From Laetmonice hystrix (lineage: Eukaryota), in assembly GCA_965235115.1 (NCBI GenBank), contig OZ249441.1:13578001-13642000 (forward strand): a stretch of DNA of 64,000 nucleotides, given 5' to 3'. The position numbers were made by a program, and so were the translations under genes. Below the pieces are notes generated by a model. That model saw only the letters and a program-made list of their open reading frames with translations. It was not told where the DNA came from and ran no database searches. Shown in pieces: positions 11,701-23,674 of the stretch; within the stretch, counting starts at the first letter, position 1, and every line of letters starts with the position of its first letter.

Positions 11701-14700
11701 TGTTGTTGGAGTCGGAATACACTTTCCATGGCCTTTTAACAGAACTCCGGACGTCGAGACTTTCCATATACACCTATAGTATAGGCGCTGGGGGGGGGGG
11801 GGTCGTGTACATGACTCTTTTATATCATGAAACTCAAATATCATCATTCCAGCTCATTAGTACTAAACCCAAAACATTATAGCTGGGCTCTGCAGAGAGA
11901 AAAAAACTTGATCTGGAAGTGTTAGCCTAACTTAGACCAAAGTTATGACGAGGGCCTTTTCTCTCTCGATCAACTAAGTACTCAATTGTTTGCAACCTTA
12001 CTGTTGTGAAGTTTAGGTAAAACTTTCCATGTAACTGGCCAGATGGAACTGTTTACCCTGCAGCCCGAGGTAGTTGGTTACACAGCCTCTACTGAAGGCA
12101 GTGGACAACTGATTGTCAATATCTCCCCAGTCCAACCCGCCAGGCTCGGAACCAACCTGATCGTCATCTGCTGGCCCTGCAGCGCCCATCATAATCATTT
12201 ATCTCTCTGGGCAAAAGAATCTTTTTCCCAAAGTCCTTCTGTCGAAGACATCAGTGGTAAACGTCGCTGACTGACCAAACCATCCTCCCGATGGTCTATC
12301 ACTGCTTCTTGATTGCTCTTCCGGTATTGACTGAAACCTCTAAATGTACTGCCCTTCGCTCCACCTCAGCTGTTTCCACAGTCCAATTTTCCCTTTTTAT
12401 AACACTTTTTGTGTAAATACCCTAACGGGAAGTATCCCACTATTCTTACAGTACCATAGTGTTACTTCCTATCGTGAGGAATGTTTCGGATTTGCCTACG
12501 ACTCAATCTACTTCAGGCAAGCACGCTTCGATTTTTCCGGTCCAACCCTTGAGTGCTGCAGGATCTGGGGCACCAACTGCACCGTGATGCGAGCACCAAC
12601 TGCACCTTTCGCTGAGAGATGGGTATTATTGGAGCAGGACCACATGTGCCCATTGAGATCCTGAAGCGATCCCCTCAGCACTGCCGTACAGGCCAGCCAA
12701 ACTCTTTATGCACCCAGCTGCCTCATAGTGTGCCGATCGATTGTGAAAACATTCCTCCTCCGACACAATTAGCCATGTTCTTCCATGAAATTAAAAAGGG
12801 CAGAGTGGATCTATAAAAAGTAATTGCCCCAACAAACGACATTATTCAAAGGGAACAGCCGTGAAAGGATTGATTTGGATCTGTCAGAAGTGCACAGATT
12901 GTGGTGAAACGCTTGTCCCCCAGAGTTGGGCGCCCGTCGGGGCCATACAGAACTGTCAGTTGAGCTGAAAACGATCGACAGCAAACACTTGATGACCACC
13001 GATTGTGGCGCTGTACTCGCAGTGTGACAAATGAATGATGATGTTCGTCCGCCGCAGTCAACCCGCCGCGTTTGGTGCTTGGCTGGCCGGTTTGTGTTCA
13101 CATCAAAGTGGCTGCAAGTCTGTGGCCGCTTGGCCGCCGCTGATGTCCTACTCATTATTCGGCCTTTGACAGCCACCGCCTGCCCACCATCAGGTGGGCT
13201 TTCATCCCACTCAGCCTCCCCAGAATGGTGGCGCAGCCCAGCCTCACAGTTTGTTATTATAGGCCAGCAATTAGAGAGAGAGGCTATATGAATCAGGCTG
13301 AAAACTCCATATGCCTGGTGTGTGTGACGCTCCCCCCCCCCCACGGCTGAGGCCTTCCTGTTCGCCTCATCAATGTGAACACGAGCTGCTTTACCTCATA
13401 AAGAGACCATGGGGGGGGGGGGGTTCATCCCCCCGTGAATACATGTTTTTTACAGGTTCCCTGTGTAGACCTACACACCAATAAACGTGCAGCTTCACTT
13501 CTGTTTCAGATGAACGATGACTTAATTAAACCAGTTTTATTCGAAACATGTTCTCGAGCCCTGTCCCAACCGCACCCCTACCCATCCGGATAACAGGCGA
13601 TGTAAACAGAATAAATCTGTCGCCATTTCAATTCAACCTATATAGCATTTCGTTTTGCCTTCTCACTTAGCCTCACTGCCATGCACCTGTTAACAAATGC
13701 CTGTGTATTTCCAAGGAAAAAACCATGAGCTTGAAACAAACGTTTCTTCTCCTGTCCTGACATGACAGAGGACTGCAAGTCTTCAGAGTTCTGCCTTATA
13801 CGGTTCACATCAACTCCGTTCATCAACAAAAAGGAAAATAAAATAAACTAAGAAGTGAGAAACATCGTGGGTGGGACAAGCAGATCAAAGACCGTCTAGA
13901 TAACAGCACTGACTTGTGGACGATGTGCACGAGGACTGAGAGTTGATGTATGCCAAACTTCTATAATACTGTCTGTCGAAGGAAGATGTCTTCTGTCTTT
14001 GAGTTAATTGGCATGGCATCCTAAGTACAGCAGATTTACACCGCTCTAGGTCTTAGCCATCCGTTAACGTGGCCCAGATAAACATCTTAAACATCTTGAG
14101 AGTTCCCAAACACTTGCCCATTAAACAGCTGAATCCCACACACATTAGGAGAACCGTTTCAGTCTTGAGTGGGTCCAACATGTCTCCCACACTGACTAAT
14201 ACCATCCTACGTCTGGGAATTAAAGCTTTTCACGCTCTCGCATAATCTTCTGACGGCACCGCCGACTCTTTTCATTCAATTAATAGTACTTAATGAATCC
14301 AGATTTAAACGAGGCACTACATTTGGGTTCGGATAAACCATGTATGAAATACTAGTTCACTAAGTGCGCCAAAATCTAATTTACAGAAGTCTGTCTACAC
14401 TTTAAGACCTAATTACATAACATGTCCCACCAAACTTACTTCTATAATCTCCTTTTCAGTTTTGTACATATCAATGTCTCCGTGAACTTATCGCAAGAAT
14501 TCCCGGAATTCACTTCCATGAATCATGAATCTCTTAACGAAAGGAAGGATGTTAATATCGATCCTGCCTTAATGACAGTCCTGTTTCATGACATTTCCGA
14601 TGTAGATACACCCTATATAAGGACTTCAGATGTTGTTATACATATTCCACAGCTTCCTGCAAACCTATACACATGGATCTCGGTTGTAGCCTGCTGGAAG

Positions 14701-16498
14701 GTCCAGTGACTAACGGACGCAAAATATGTGACAAATGTTTGCTTCAGGGTCAAATGGTATAAAGGACAATTAATAGTCCTTGATCACAGCCCCATGTGAT
14801 AGCGCTCTGCCGTGTTAGACTAATTTACTTAGTCTAATTGACATAATACATGTCTACCTGCAGGCACAGTGGGTCAGGCAGCACAAAACTGAGGCATACA
14901 TCCACAGCGCTTCCCTTGCCGGGCATAATTAACCACTCACATTTGTCTCACTTGGCTGTTCAAAAACGCAATTAGACCTACGTGAATTCCCACCAGCAAA
15001 TACCACAACTGCGTTATATACACTTGAGGGTAAGGATTTCTAACAAGTTTACATTTCACTTTCATGAAGTTGCAGAACTAAAGGTATCTGATTAACTCGG
15101 CGGTGGCAAGCGGCCAATAAGACTGTGTCGGAGCCGCTGACCCGTCTGCCGAGGTCAATAAGCAGGAAGTACTGGTACTTGTTGATCGTCTTACCAAGTG
15201 TCGTCACCATACAAAGAGGAAACAATCTTCGAATCTAACACATTTTTCTCATCTTTTTACTTTTGTCCATAAGGATGGCAGTGAGCAGTATAGTGCTGCT
15301 AGCAGTAGAGTTTTCGGGATTTGGTTTCAAGAAGCTTTATAGTCGCCCCAGGTTAAACTTTACAACCCCCACCATACGGTATGATCTGTGGCAGACGGTC
15401 TGTCTCACCAGGTTCCAACTGGCCTGGCTATATAATGACTAGCTAACAAGTGTAGTCAACATACCATAACAACTGATTTTAGTGTAAGCTTTCAAATCAT
15501 TGCTAAATTAATACAACATAAGGATGTTGGAAGAACACAAGTACACGTTGGTAGAGAAATTAGATTTCAATCTAATTTCATTATGAAGCATCATGGTGCC
15601 AGCCCATCAGTGTAATTTAATAGAACTAGTTCAATACAAAGATTTGCCCACGACCGTACTTGGATTTCACTGTAAATGAACTGATTGTAATGAGTCTTAG
15701 TGACACGCAATCCAATGCTGACTTTTCTCCTCCAATCACTGCAGTGATAATCTCAATCTGTGTATCATTCGGCCAACAGCAGTCTGTATAATATTGGTTG
15801 ATTGGTAATCGACCGTTCACTAATACAGTCAGTAATACATGGTGACCACAAAAAAGTTAATTTCATCCAATTTTTATTAATTACACTGCTGATAAGAAAC
15901 AGAAAGTCATTGTACACTTTAGTTTTTACTGATTTCTCTCCCTCTGATTACTGTTAAAGGCAGTATATCGTTCTTTCTGTGTTTGATAATCTTAAGAAAA
16001 TAACATCTGATACTCCTGTATACGTCTGTCTCTACAAAATACAAGATTCTAATTAAATTAGACACATTTCTTCGCGACATGCTAGAACGTATATTTTCTA
16101 CATTACCGATACTGCCCATGTTCTTTAATCATATATGCTTCGACTGTCTCGACGTTGTATCTTTATTAGAAAGCTGCCTCGGTAACGTCCTTTAACATTC
16201 TTCCCATCATATTCTCCAAATGATGTTTCCATGCACAGATTTCGATGGAGGTAATTAAAGCGTTTTTCTGATGTCGTCCGTCTGCTTGTTTTAGACTCGT
16301 GGCAATGTTTGGAATACGGTAGTCGGCCAGAGAGTAAGTGACCCTAGAGGAGTGGCCGTCGGGCTCTCACTCACAGAGTAATCTGTCAATATCGAAACTA
16401 ATTACCACCCCCTCCAGCATCGTCCATCAAACGGGCCCGCTCCGGCCCAAACCGAAAAAAAAATCTTCCGACCATTTCTAATAAAGTGAGCGTGAACA

Positions 16499-17250
16499 CT
16501 GTCAGCAGATAGGAATACTCTGGTCGGAATGTATCATCATACAGCTGGCCCCAGACACCACCTCATTCAGTATCAACTTTAATAGTGTCTGTCAGCAGAT
16601 AGGAATACTCTGGTCGGAATGTATCATCATACAGCTGGCCCCAGACACCATCTCATTCAGTATCAACTTTAATAGTGTCTGTCAACAGAATACTCTGGTC
16701 GGAATTTATCACCATACAGCTGGCCCCAGACACCACCTCATTCAGTATCAACTTTAATAGTGTCTGTCAGCAGATAGGAATACTCTGGTCGGAATGTATC
16801 ATCATACAGCTGGCCCCAGACACCATCTCATTCAGTATCAACTTTAATAGTGTCTGTCAGCAGATAGGAATACTCTGGTCGGAATGTATCATCATACAGC
16901 TGGCCCCAGACACCACCTCATTCAGTATCAACTTTAATAGTGTCTGTCAGCAGATAGGAATACTCTGGTCGGAATGTATCATCATACAGCTGGCCTCAGA
17001 CACCGCCTCATTCAGTATCAACTTTAATAGTGTCTGTCAGCAGATAGGAATATTCTGGTTGGAATGTATCATCATACAGCTGGCCCCAGACACCACCTCA
17101 TTCAGTATCAACTTTAATAGTGTCTGTCAACAGATAGGAATACTGTGGTCAGAATGTATCATCATACAGCTGGCCCCAGACACCGCCTCATTCAGTATCA
17201 ACTTTAATAGTGTCTGCCAGCAGAATACTCTGGTCGGAATGTATCATCAT
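16499..17250. repeat. 90-bp tandem repeat, ~8 copies
   Basis: Unit GTCAGCAGATAGGAATACTCTGGTCGGAATGTATCATCATACAGCTGGCCCCAGACACCACCTCATTCAGTATCAACTTTAATAGTGTCT; copies start at 16501, 16591, etc. with few substitutions. Confidence 0.97.
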
Positions 17251-18296
17251 GCCGTCACTGGTAACAATAGTTTTAACACCTGTGTCCAGACTTGACCGAG
17301 CACCGTCTACTACCAGTCTCCGTCCTCACAGTGGTCCTTACATTTGTCATTACCATGAACAATCGGCTGGCTGGAGACTGGTACAGAACGATTAAACATA
17401 CATTCTGGATAACGACTGTATAACCGGGGATTCGGTGACATGAACTAACAACACATTTCCTGACAACCTTTTCTTTTAAAACAAATTTCTTGACACCTCA
17501 CCTATACATTACAAGCGTGCGTATCCCAAGTGCACACGTGCACCGTTAGATTTGTATTGATGTCATGCATGATTCGCTCAAAGTTGTGCCACAAGTTCCA
17601 AGTTATCTCCCTCTCGGCGAACAATCTGACTGAGGAGCCTTCGCCCCTTCCCCTCGTCCTATCCCAAGCCGTATCTCATTATGATGTCGGCTTGTATAAG
17701 TCGCTCCATCCCACCATCTTCACCAGCCTCATCATACTACAACCTTGATTACCTACATCTCTAAACAGACTCCTTCTGAAATTAATTCAATTTCTGCATC
17801 CATTAAAACGACAAAAAGTACGACGTAATCCAATCTAGACTATCCTTAAAGATATTATTTCTCCTCTTCTTAGCCGTAGTTATAAGGCCTAATTGGAACC
17901 AGGTATTTGATATTGAGTCCCGGTTCTATATTAAGAAAAGTAGACAGCATATCCCTTCAGAATCACAACTTTTATGACTCATGTCTGCAAGTTAATCCTA
18001 TCCCATGGAAAACGACAGAAGACTCGTGCAGAATCGTTTCTGTCTGTTCCGTATGTCGTTCAAACGTCTATCTAACCTACATCGTCTCCAAAGAATAACC
18101 TGGGCAATAACCATAATATTGATGCCTGGATACCCTTTCCCAGATCCGTCAGTTGCCTTCTCAACAACCACTGGGTCAAAGGTGGTGGCTGGGCGAGCCA
18201 TTGCAGGACTGGTGCAGGTCGTGTGACAGAGACCGAGACTGGGCCTCTGTCACTGTCCACAACACCTGTGTCAACCTCCACGTGTCACCAGAGCTT

Positions 18297-18771
18297 TCCT
18301 TATCTATCCTCTCTCCTTACCCATCCTCTCTCCTGACCCATCCTCTCTCCTTACCCATCCTCTCTCCTTACCCATCCTCTCTCCTTACCCATCCTCTCTC
18401 CTTACCCATCCTCTCTCCTTACCCATCCTCTCTCCTGACCCATCCTCTCTCCTTACCCATCCTCTCTCCTTACCCATCCTCTCTCCTTACCCATCCTCTC
18501 TCATTACCCATCCTATCTCCTTACCCATCTTCTCCTTACCCATCCTCTCTCATTACCCATCCTCTCTCCTTATCCATCCTTACCCATCCTCTCTCCTTAC
18601 CCATCCTCTCTCATTACCCATCCTCTCTCCTTACCCATCCTATCTCCTTACCCATCTTCTCCTTACCCATCCTCTCTCCTTATCCATCCTGCTTACCCAT
18701 CCTCTCTCCTTACCCATCCTCTCTCCTTACCCATCCTTTCTCCTTACCCATCCTCTCTCCTTACCCATCCT
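18297..18771. repeat. pyrimidine-rich degenerate minisatellite (~17-bp unit CCTTACCCATCCTCTCT)
   Basis: About 475 bp made almost entirely of C/T-rich variants of the unit on the plus strand. Confidence 0.95.
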
Positions 18772-19120
18772 CAGCATTGCCCTGCGCCTCATCACAGACA
18801 CCTCATGGCTTCACTTCCCACACTCGCCTTGCCTACTCTGATGAAGTGAAAATAAAGACTAAGATTTATTGGCTGCTGATCGCCAACCCTTGGGCTGCCG
18901 CCAGTTCAATAAAGCTCATCCACTGGAACTCAATAGTGTCTGTCTGAGATGAATTCAAATTCGAATTGCATCAATGCCAAGCCCTAGAGGTGAGATCAGG
19001 TTGTTGGAGTAATCAACTGGAATCTGAAAGTATCGTCAGTGGTGGTGAGAGAGGGTTGGTGTCTGACAGAGATACAGAGGTATTACCAAAGTCAACACCT
19101 GTCAGGTAAAACATTCTCTC

Positions 19121-19427
19121 CTCCTGCACTGACAGACACATGGACTGTCCTCATGCACTGACAGACACATGGACTGTCCTCCTGCACTGACAGACACATG
19201 GACTGTCCTCCTGCACTGACAGGCACATGGACTGTCCTGCACTGACAGACACATGGACTGTCCTCCTGCACAGACAGACACATGGGCTGTCCTCCTGCAC
19301 TGACAGACACATGGGCTGTCCTCATGCACTGACAGACACATGGACTGTTCTCCTGCACTGACAGACACATGGACCGTCCTGCACTGACAGACACATGGAC
19401 CGTCCTGCACTGACAGACACATGGACT
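19121..19427. repeat. 26-29-bp tandem repeat, ~11 copies
   Basis: Unit (TCC)TCCTGCACTGACAGACACATGGACTG with short and long variants. Confidence 0.95.
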
Positions 19428-19794
19428 TTCTGATTCTCACCACCTACCTTCCTTGTTACCAGATGACGTCTGCACTCTCTATTATTACTGCCCAGGACCT
19501 GGAGCTAAGTTATTTATACACGGATAAATAACACAGCTTGGCTCTCGAGGGGACCATCCACGATATAAAACCATAATAAATCTAAATGAGACGTTCCTTA
19601 TGACTGGCCTTTGACCATGACGAGTACCTGAGTATGCCCCAGAGTCCAGCTCCCCCACCGTCCTGCCAGCTACCACTTCTGCTGTTTCACTGAGCCCGAA
19701 AGACGTCTGCGAAATGGCCGCTAAGCCAAAAACCACCTATTCTTTAACATTGGCCCCGCAACGACGTCTTTCGTATGGTGGGTGGTGGGAGGGT

Positions 19795-19978
19795 AGGGTG
19801 GCCGAGTGGTCTATGTTTGCCCATGACACCTAGGCCCACTGTGGGCCGGGTTCGATCCCCGGCCAGGGCTGCATGTGTGAAAGGTTTTTCAGTCAGTTCC
19901 TTCCCTAAGGCAAGGCGTAAAACCCCAAATCTGGCCTTAAAGGGAAATAGCAAGCAACGAACATTTTTGAAAAAAATG
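19795..19978 (+). mobile_element. tRNA-derived SINE
   Basis: Pol III A box TGGCCGAGTGG (19799-19809) and B box GGGTTCGATCCC (19848-19859) at tRNA-like spacing. No intact cloverleaf; followed by a non-tRNA body and an A-rich end. The 3' boundary is approximate. Confidence 0.75.
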
Positions 19979-20618
19979 AGTTTGATGTTTCTCGCTCTCT
20001 GACCTCTCGATACCGTTCTCCACCCTCCCATCACCCCGTTCACTGGAGACGGTTCCCCCGGCACAACTCCCCACATCACCACCAATACAAAATCACTCCA
20101 CCTAGTTTAACATAAATTTACATGTAACCGATCTTACTGACAACATTCATGTCAAATGATCGATCACATTTGCATCACGCAATGATTGATGTAAACCACG
20201 ACATGATGAATATCCTACCCGTCCATGTGGGACACCTTAAAAACATGTCTGAAAATTTCATGAAAGATTTTCTAAAGTAGCTAACATTAGTATTTGTTTT
20301 AATCCTGCACACAGACACTTGGGTGCGAGCTGTGCACAGATCTATAGGTAATGAGTCTATCCGGGACACACATCACCCCGGGACAGTGTACTGTGTGATG
20401 GGCTGAAGGTCTCACCGGCACAGAATGGGTCGGACGCAAAAGGGGTGAAGAGATTTTAAGTGCTGCGCTATTAATATTAACGCCTTCCTTGACAGCGTTT
20501 CTATGCATGTATGGGACGCATTCAGCTATAAACTTTCCGCAGCCAAATTTCTGTAGAAGCTGCCACCCGAACCTTCCCATTCTCTATACATTTTGTCTCC
20601 GTTTAGCAGAGTTACTCC

Positions 20619-20720
20619 ATAGAAAGCACTAGTTTCCTTCCGATATATTATTAATTTGAAGCTGGGCTAATAGAAAGCACTAGTTTCCTTCCGATATATT
20701 ATTAATTTGAAGCTGGGCTA
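20619..20720. repeat. 51-bp tandem duplication (2 copies)
   Basis: ATAGAAAGCACTAGTTTCCTTCCGATATATTATTAATTTGAAGCTGGGCTA at 20619 and 20670. Confidence 0.95.
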
Positions 20721-21942
20721 GTAAGATGAAACCTTTCCAGAACTCTATCCTAGATGCTTACAAACGTGTTTCCAAGCAGGTCACTAAATGAGCCCAGAGA
20801 TGTGCGGAAAGTTCGGGATAAAAACGCGTATATCCCGGACCCCCTAACTAGTCACGTACAAGTACATTGTAATAAACCTTGCCCCCACCACCCGCTACAG
20901 CCTGCCCCGCCCTGACGTATGGCCACAACTCCCGGCTCTGTTTTGACTGGCCACTATTTTTGTCTGCCTTCAAGGTTTTAATGTGTAACCTTTCAGTGAC
21001 CACCAGCGCAGCAGGGAACCGGAGACCTCAATACATGTAGTGGGCGTGGTGAGCGAAACCTTAGCCATGAACCCCGTCTCTGACCTGGTCACCAAGCCAG
21101 GGGTCAGTCAGAACGGGGTCAAGGCACCAGCTCCCATTCCAATGGATTCCGTCTGATGACCGTGGTCCCTCAAAATTCATCAACCCTCAAATCTCACCCT
21201 CAAATCTCACAAGGCCTGGAACTCATAAATCCTGGAACTGTGCAGACCCCGACAATAAAAGAGCCCGGGCCCGTCCCTGGGACCCGGCGCCAGGAGCCGA
21301 GTGGGTTTCCCCGCGGCCTTTCCTTGGCTCTGACCTCAGGGTGAGCACCTTCCCATGATGTGTACCCCTAGGACACGACATCCCACCACGCCCACTTCAA
21401 TCAGGGTCTCCGTGCTCTATGTCTGGTATGGATCTCTTCTGATCCACACCTATCTCAAGGTCATCTAACCACAATGTCGTCATTTATTAGGCCAGCCCAG
21501 CGACGCCAGGCTTGTTTGACGGCAGGCCTGGCACTGTTCAGTCGGACCAATGTCCTTGCCAGCCTTCCCACTTCAGACGCACTGCCTGAGCCCTTCACAG
21601 ATTCATAGCACCCTTGACTGTTGCTGGCACTAGGGCAGCAATATCTGTGCCTTTTGTTTGAAGAACATTTACCACCCAGGCAATCTCTGTCTGGGTGGTA
21701 ATTACAGCGTCTCCAGCCAGACAGACAATCTCGGATACGTTCGTAGATGTTACCTAACAAAGACAACCCTGGCCAGTATAAGTCAATAAGTGCTGACCAT
21801 TTCATGGCCTTCACAAACCCTCTATCATGGGATGAGTTCCCTCAGATTACATGACCAGTCCGTCACACGGAGCCCAGGAACTCTAACGATAAAAATTACA
21901 CCTACAGCCCAAACCAAATATGATTCTCTGTAAGAATCTATA

Positions 21943-22095
21943 AAGCAGCCCACCCACGTACAATATTATTGAGTCAATAATATTAAAACAATACTTGAAA
22001 CAATTGTGCAGTGCTTCAATATGACAAATAGACAGTCAATAATATTGCGCAAACCTGAATATTGTACAATAATATTGTACGTGGATGGGCCGCTT
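21943..22095. mobile_element. 153-bp MITE (non-autonomous DNA transposon)
   Basis: 29-bp terminal inverted repeats, AAGCAGCCCACCCACGTACAATATTATTG versus AAGCGGCCCATCCACGTACAATATTATTG (27/29), flanked by TA on both sides. AT-rich interior with CAATAATATT subrepeats. Superfamily (Tc1/mariner or PIF/Harbinger) not resolved. Confidence 0.85.
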
Positions 22096-22791
22096 TAGTC
22101 ATCCATTTTCATCTTTACAAAAACTTGATTCCAACAGCTCCTATTCCTCAACCTGTTATTTCTGGCCATGCCCGACCGGAGAATAGAACTGAGCCTGTTC
22201 TAATCCTGTTTCTGGAGGTGGTCTAGTGGACGTCAAGAGAGCTGGGACGAGCACGATTCGCAGCGGTCTAACAACAGAAATGGATGGAGAACCGCAGAGA
22301 GAAAGACGGTCCACCCAAGGGTCTGTCTGTCTACTAACAGAGTTTGTCACCGACCATACTGATGGTCGGTGGATTCACACACTCGACAAAGTATGCTCCA
22401 TGTATTGTGATTATCAGAGCAAATTTACCAGCCACTTGGAGAATGAGAAGTCAGGCCGTATGCTGCACGATAAATACATGGTGGACTGCAGGAGGAGCAG
22501 GAGGACCATCTAGAGCAGCAGGCAACCCACTGATCAGTCAACATGGCTCTTGTTTGGTAAAAGGGGCACAGGGAAATGAGAACATGCAATCTCCATGAGC
22601 TCTTTACTCCAATATGTAGAATATATTCCCCGGTAAAGCCCCACTGTATACAGTTTACAATAAACTCGTGACCTGTTTCAGTTTATAGGAACGGACGGTT
22701 CTTACACAAAGGATCAATAGTATGTTGATAAATATAATTCCAATTCCGTAATCGTTGAATTACGACTGCCAGCCCCATTTCATCATGGATC

Positions 22792-23525
22792 TATCGTACG
22801 GAAGGTTCCTACGACATTCCAGAAGACTGCGTGTACCGCAGAAGGACGAGGTTGAGCTGGTTAACTATATGAAGTTTATTCCAGTTCACTTTCCCAGTCT
22901 TTGTACAAAGTTATAACATGAGTATATATAGAGAAAACCATTGTCAAACTGACCAATGATATACAACATAAAAATGCTGGCTCCCGATTGGCTAAACCAT
23001 CACAGGGCAGGCCACTTTGGGGATTGTATATTGTTGTTAAAGACAAGTAAGTTGGCACTGGCAGACAGTCTAATGAGCAGTGATTACTGAGGCCGACATC
23101 CTGGCACTAGTGAGCTGCTTCACAGAGGTGGGAAACAATAGGTGAGAAAACACCTGTATTACGGGTTCCCTGTGATGAGCGACTCTGCCCCTATGACTGT
23201 ACTGCCTTCATTAATAAAACAACCTCCCAAACTAAAGCTGGGGAAAACCATCAATGGAGAACATATGTCACCCAAGAGATTACATTGTTTGTAAACCTAA
23301 GATGCCGATAGCAGACAATGAATACAAACTGAACATCTGAGAACGGTGGTTAAATCCTTAATACACCATAACATGGTTGGTAAATGTCTATAATGAACAT
23401 ATAATCCTTCTGGGTGTAAATCAAAGGTACACAATTTAAACTAGAGATAAGGATTGTCTCTGACATAGGTTGTCTGTCCATTGTTTTGAGCAAGAGTAGC
23501 CCATAGTGAAACTTGGGGTACGATA
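22792..23525 (-). repeat. 3' LTR (734 bp)
   Basis: Matches 24894-25627 with no difference found by eye; the ORF track gives identical peptides for both copies. Confidence 0.95.
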
Positions 23526-23539
23526 TATCCCCCTCGCTC
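23526..23539 (-). other. polypurine tract
   Basis: Minus strand GAGCGAGGGGGATA directly abuts the 3' LTR. Confidence 0.85.
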
Positions 23540-23674
23540 AACTGAGATTGGAGCATCCAATCTCGAAGAAACTAAAAATGATTGTTCATGACTGGATATC
23601 ATGTAGAAGATATCTGCTATGAAAAATACCAGATGTCAGGATACAGATGTGATTGTCCTCTCCTGACAGTCATG

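Noticed and set aside
12068-12150. let-7-like string CGAGGTAGTTGGTT
   Set aside because: 3' half diverges from let-7 and there is no proper precursor hairpin.
12845-13169. Cluster of TCF/LEF-like sites
   Set aside because: Two perfect and one imperfect 7-mer in 330 bp is not significant after scanning the whole window.
16675-17295. 206-aa ORF with 30-aa repeats
   Set aside because: Product of a 90-bp tandem unit; one open frame out of six is expected by chance for a 30-codon unit, and there are no convincing splice or start signals.
18153-18947. 264-aa ORF
   Set aside because: Runs through a C/T-rich repeat that cannot easily form stop codons; low-complexity artefact.
21669-21701. 14-bp hairpin TTACCACCCAGGCA-ATCTC-TGTCTGGGTGGTAA
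   Set aside because: Too short for a pre-miRNA, with no TSD or context pointing to a function.
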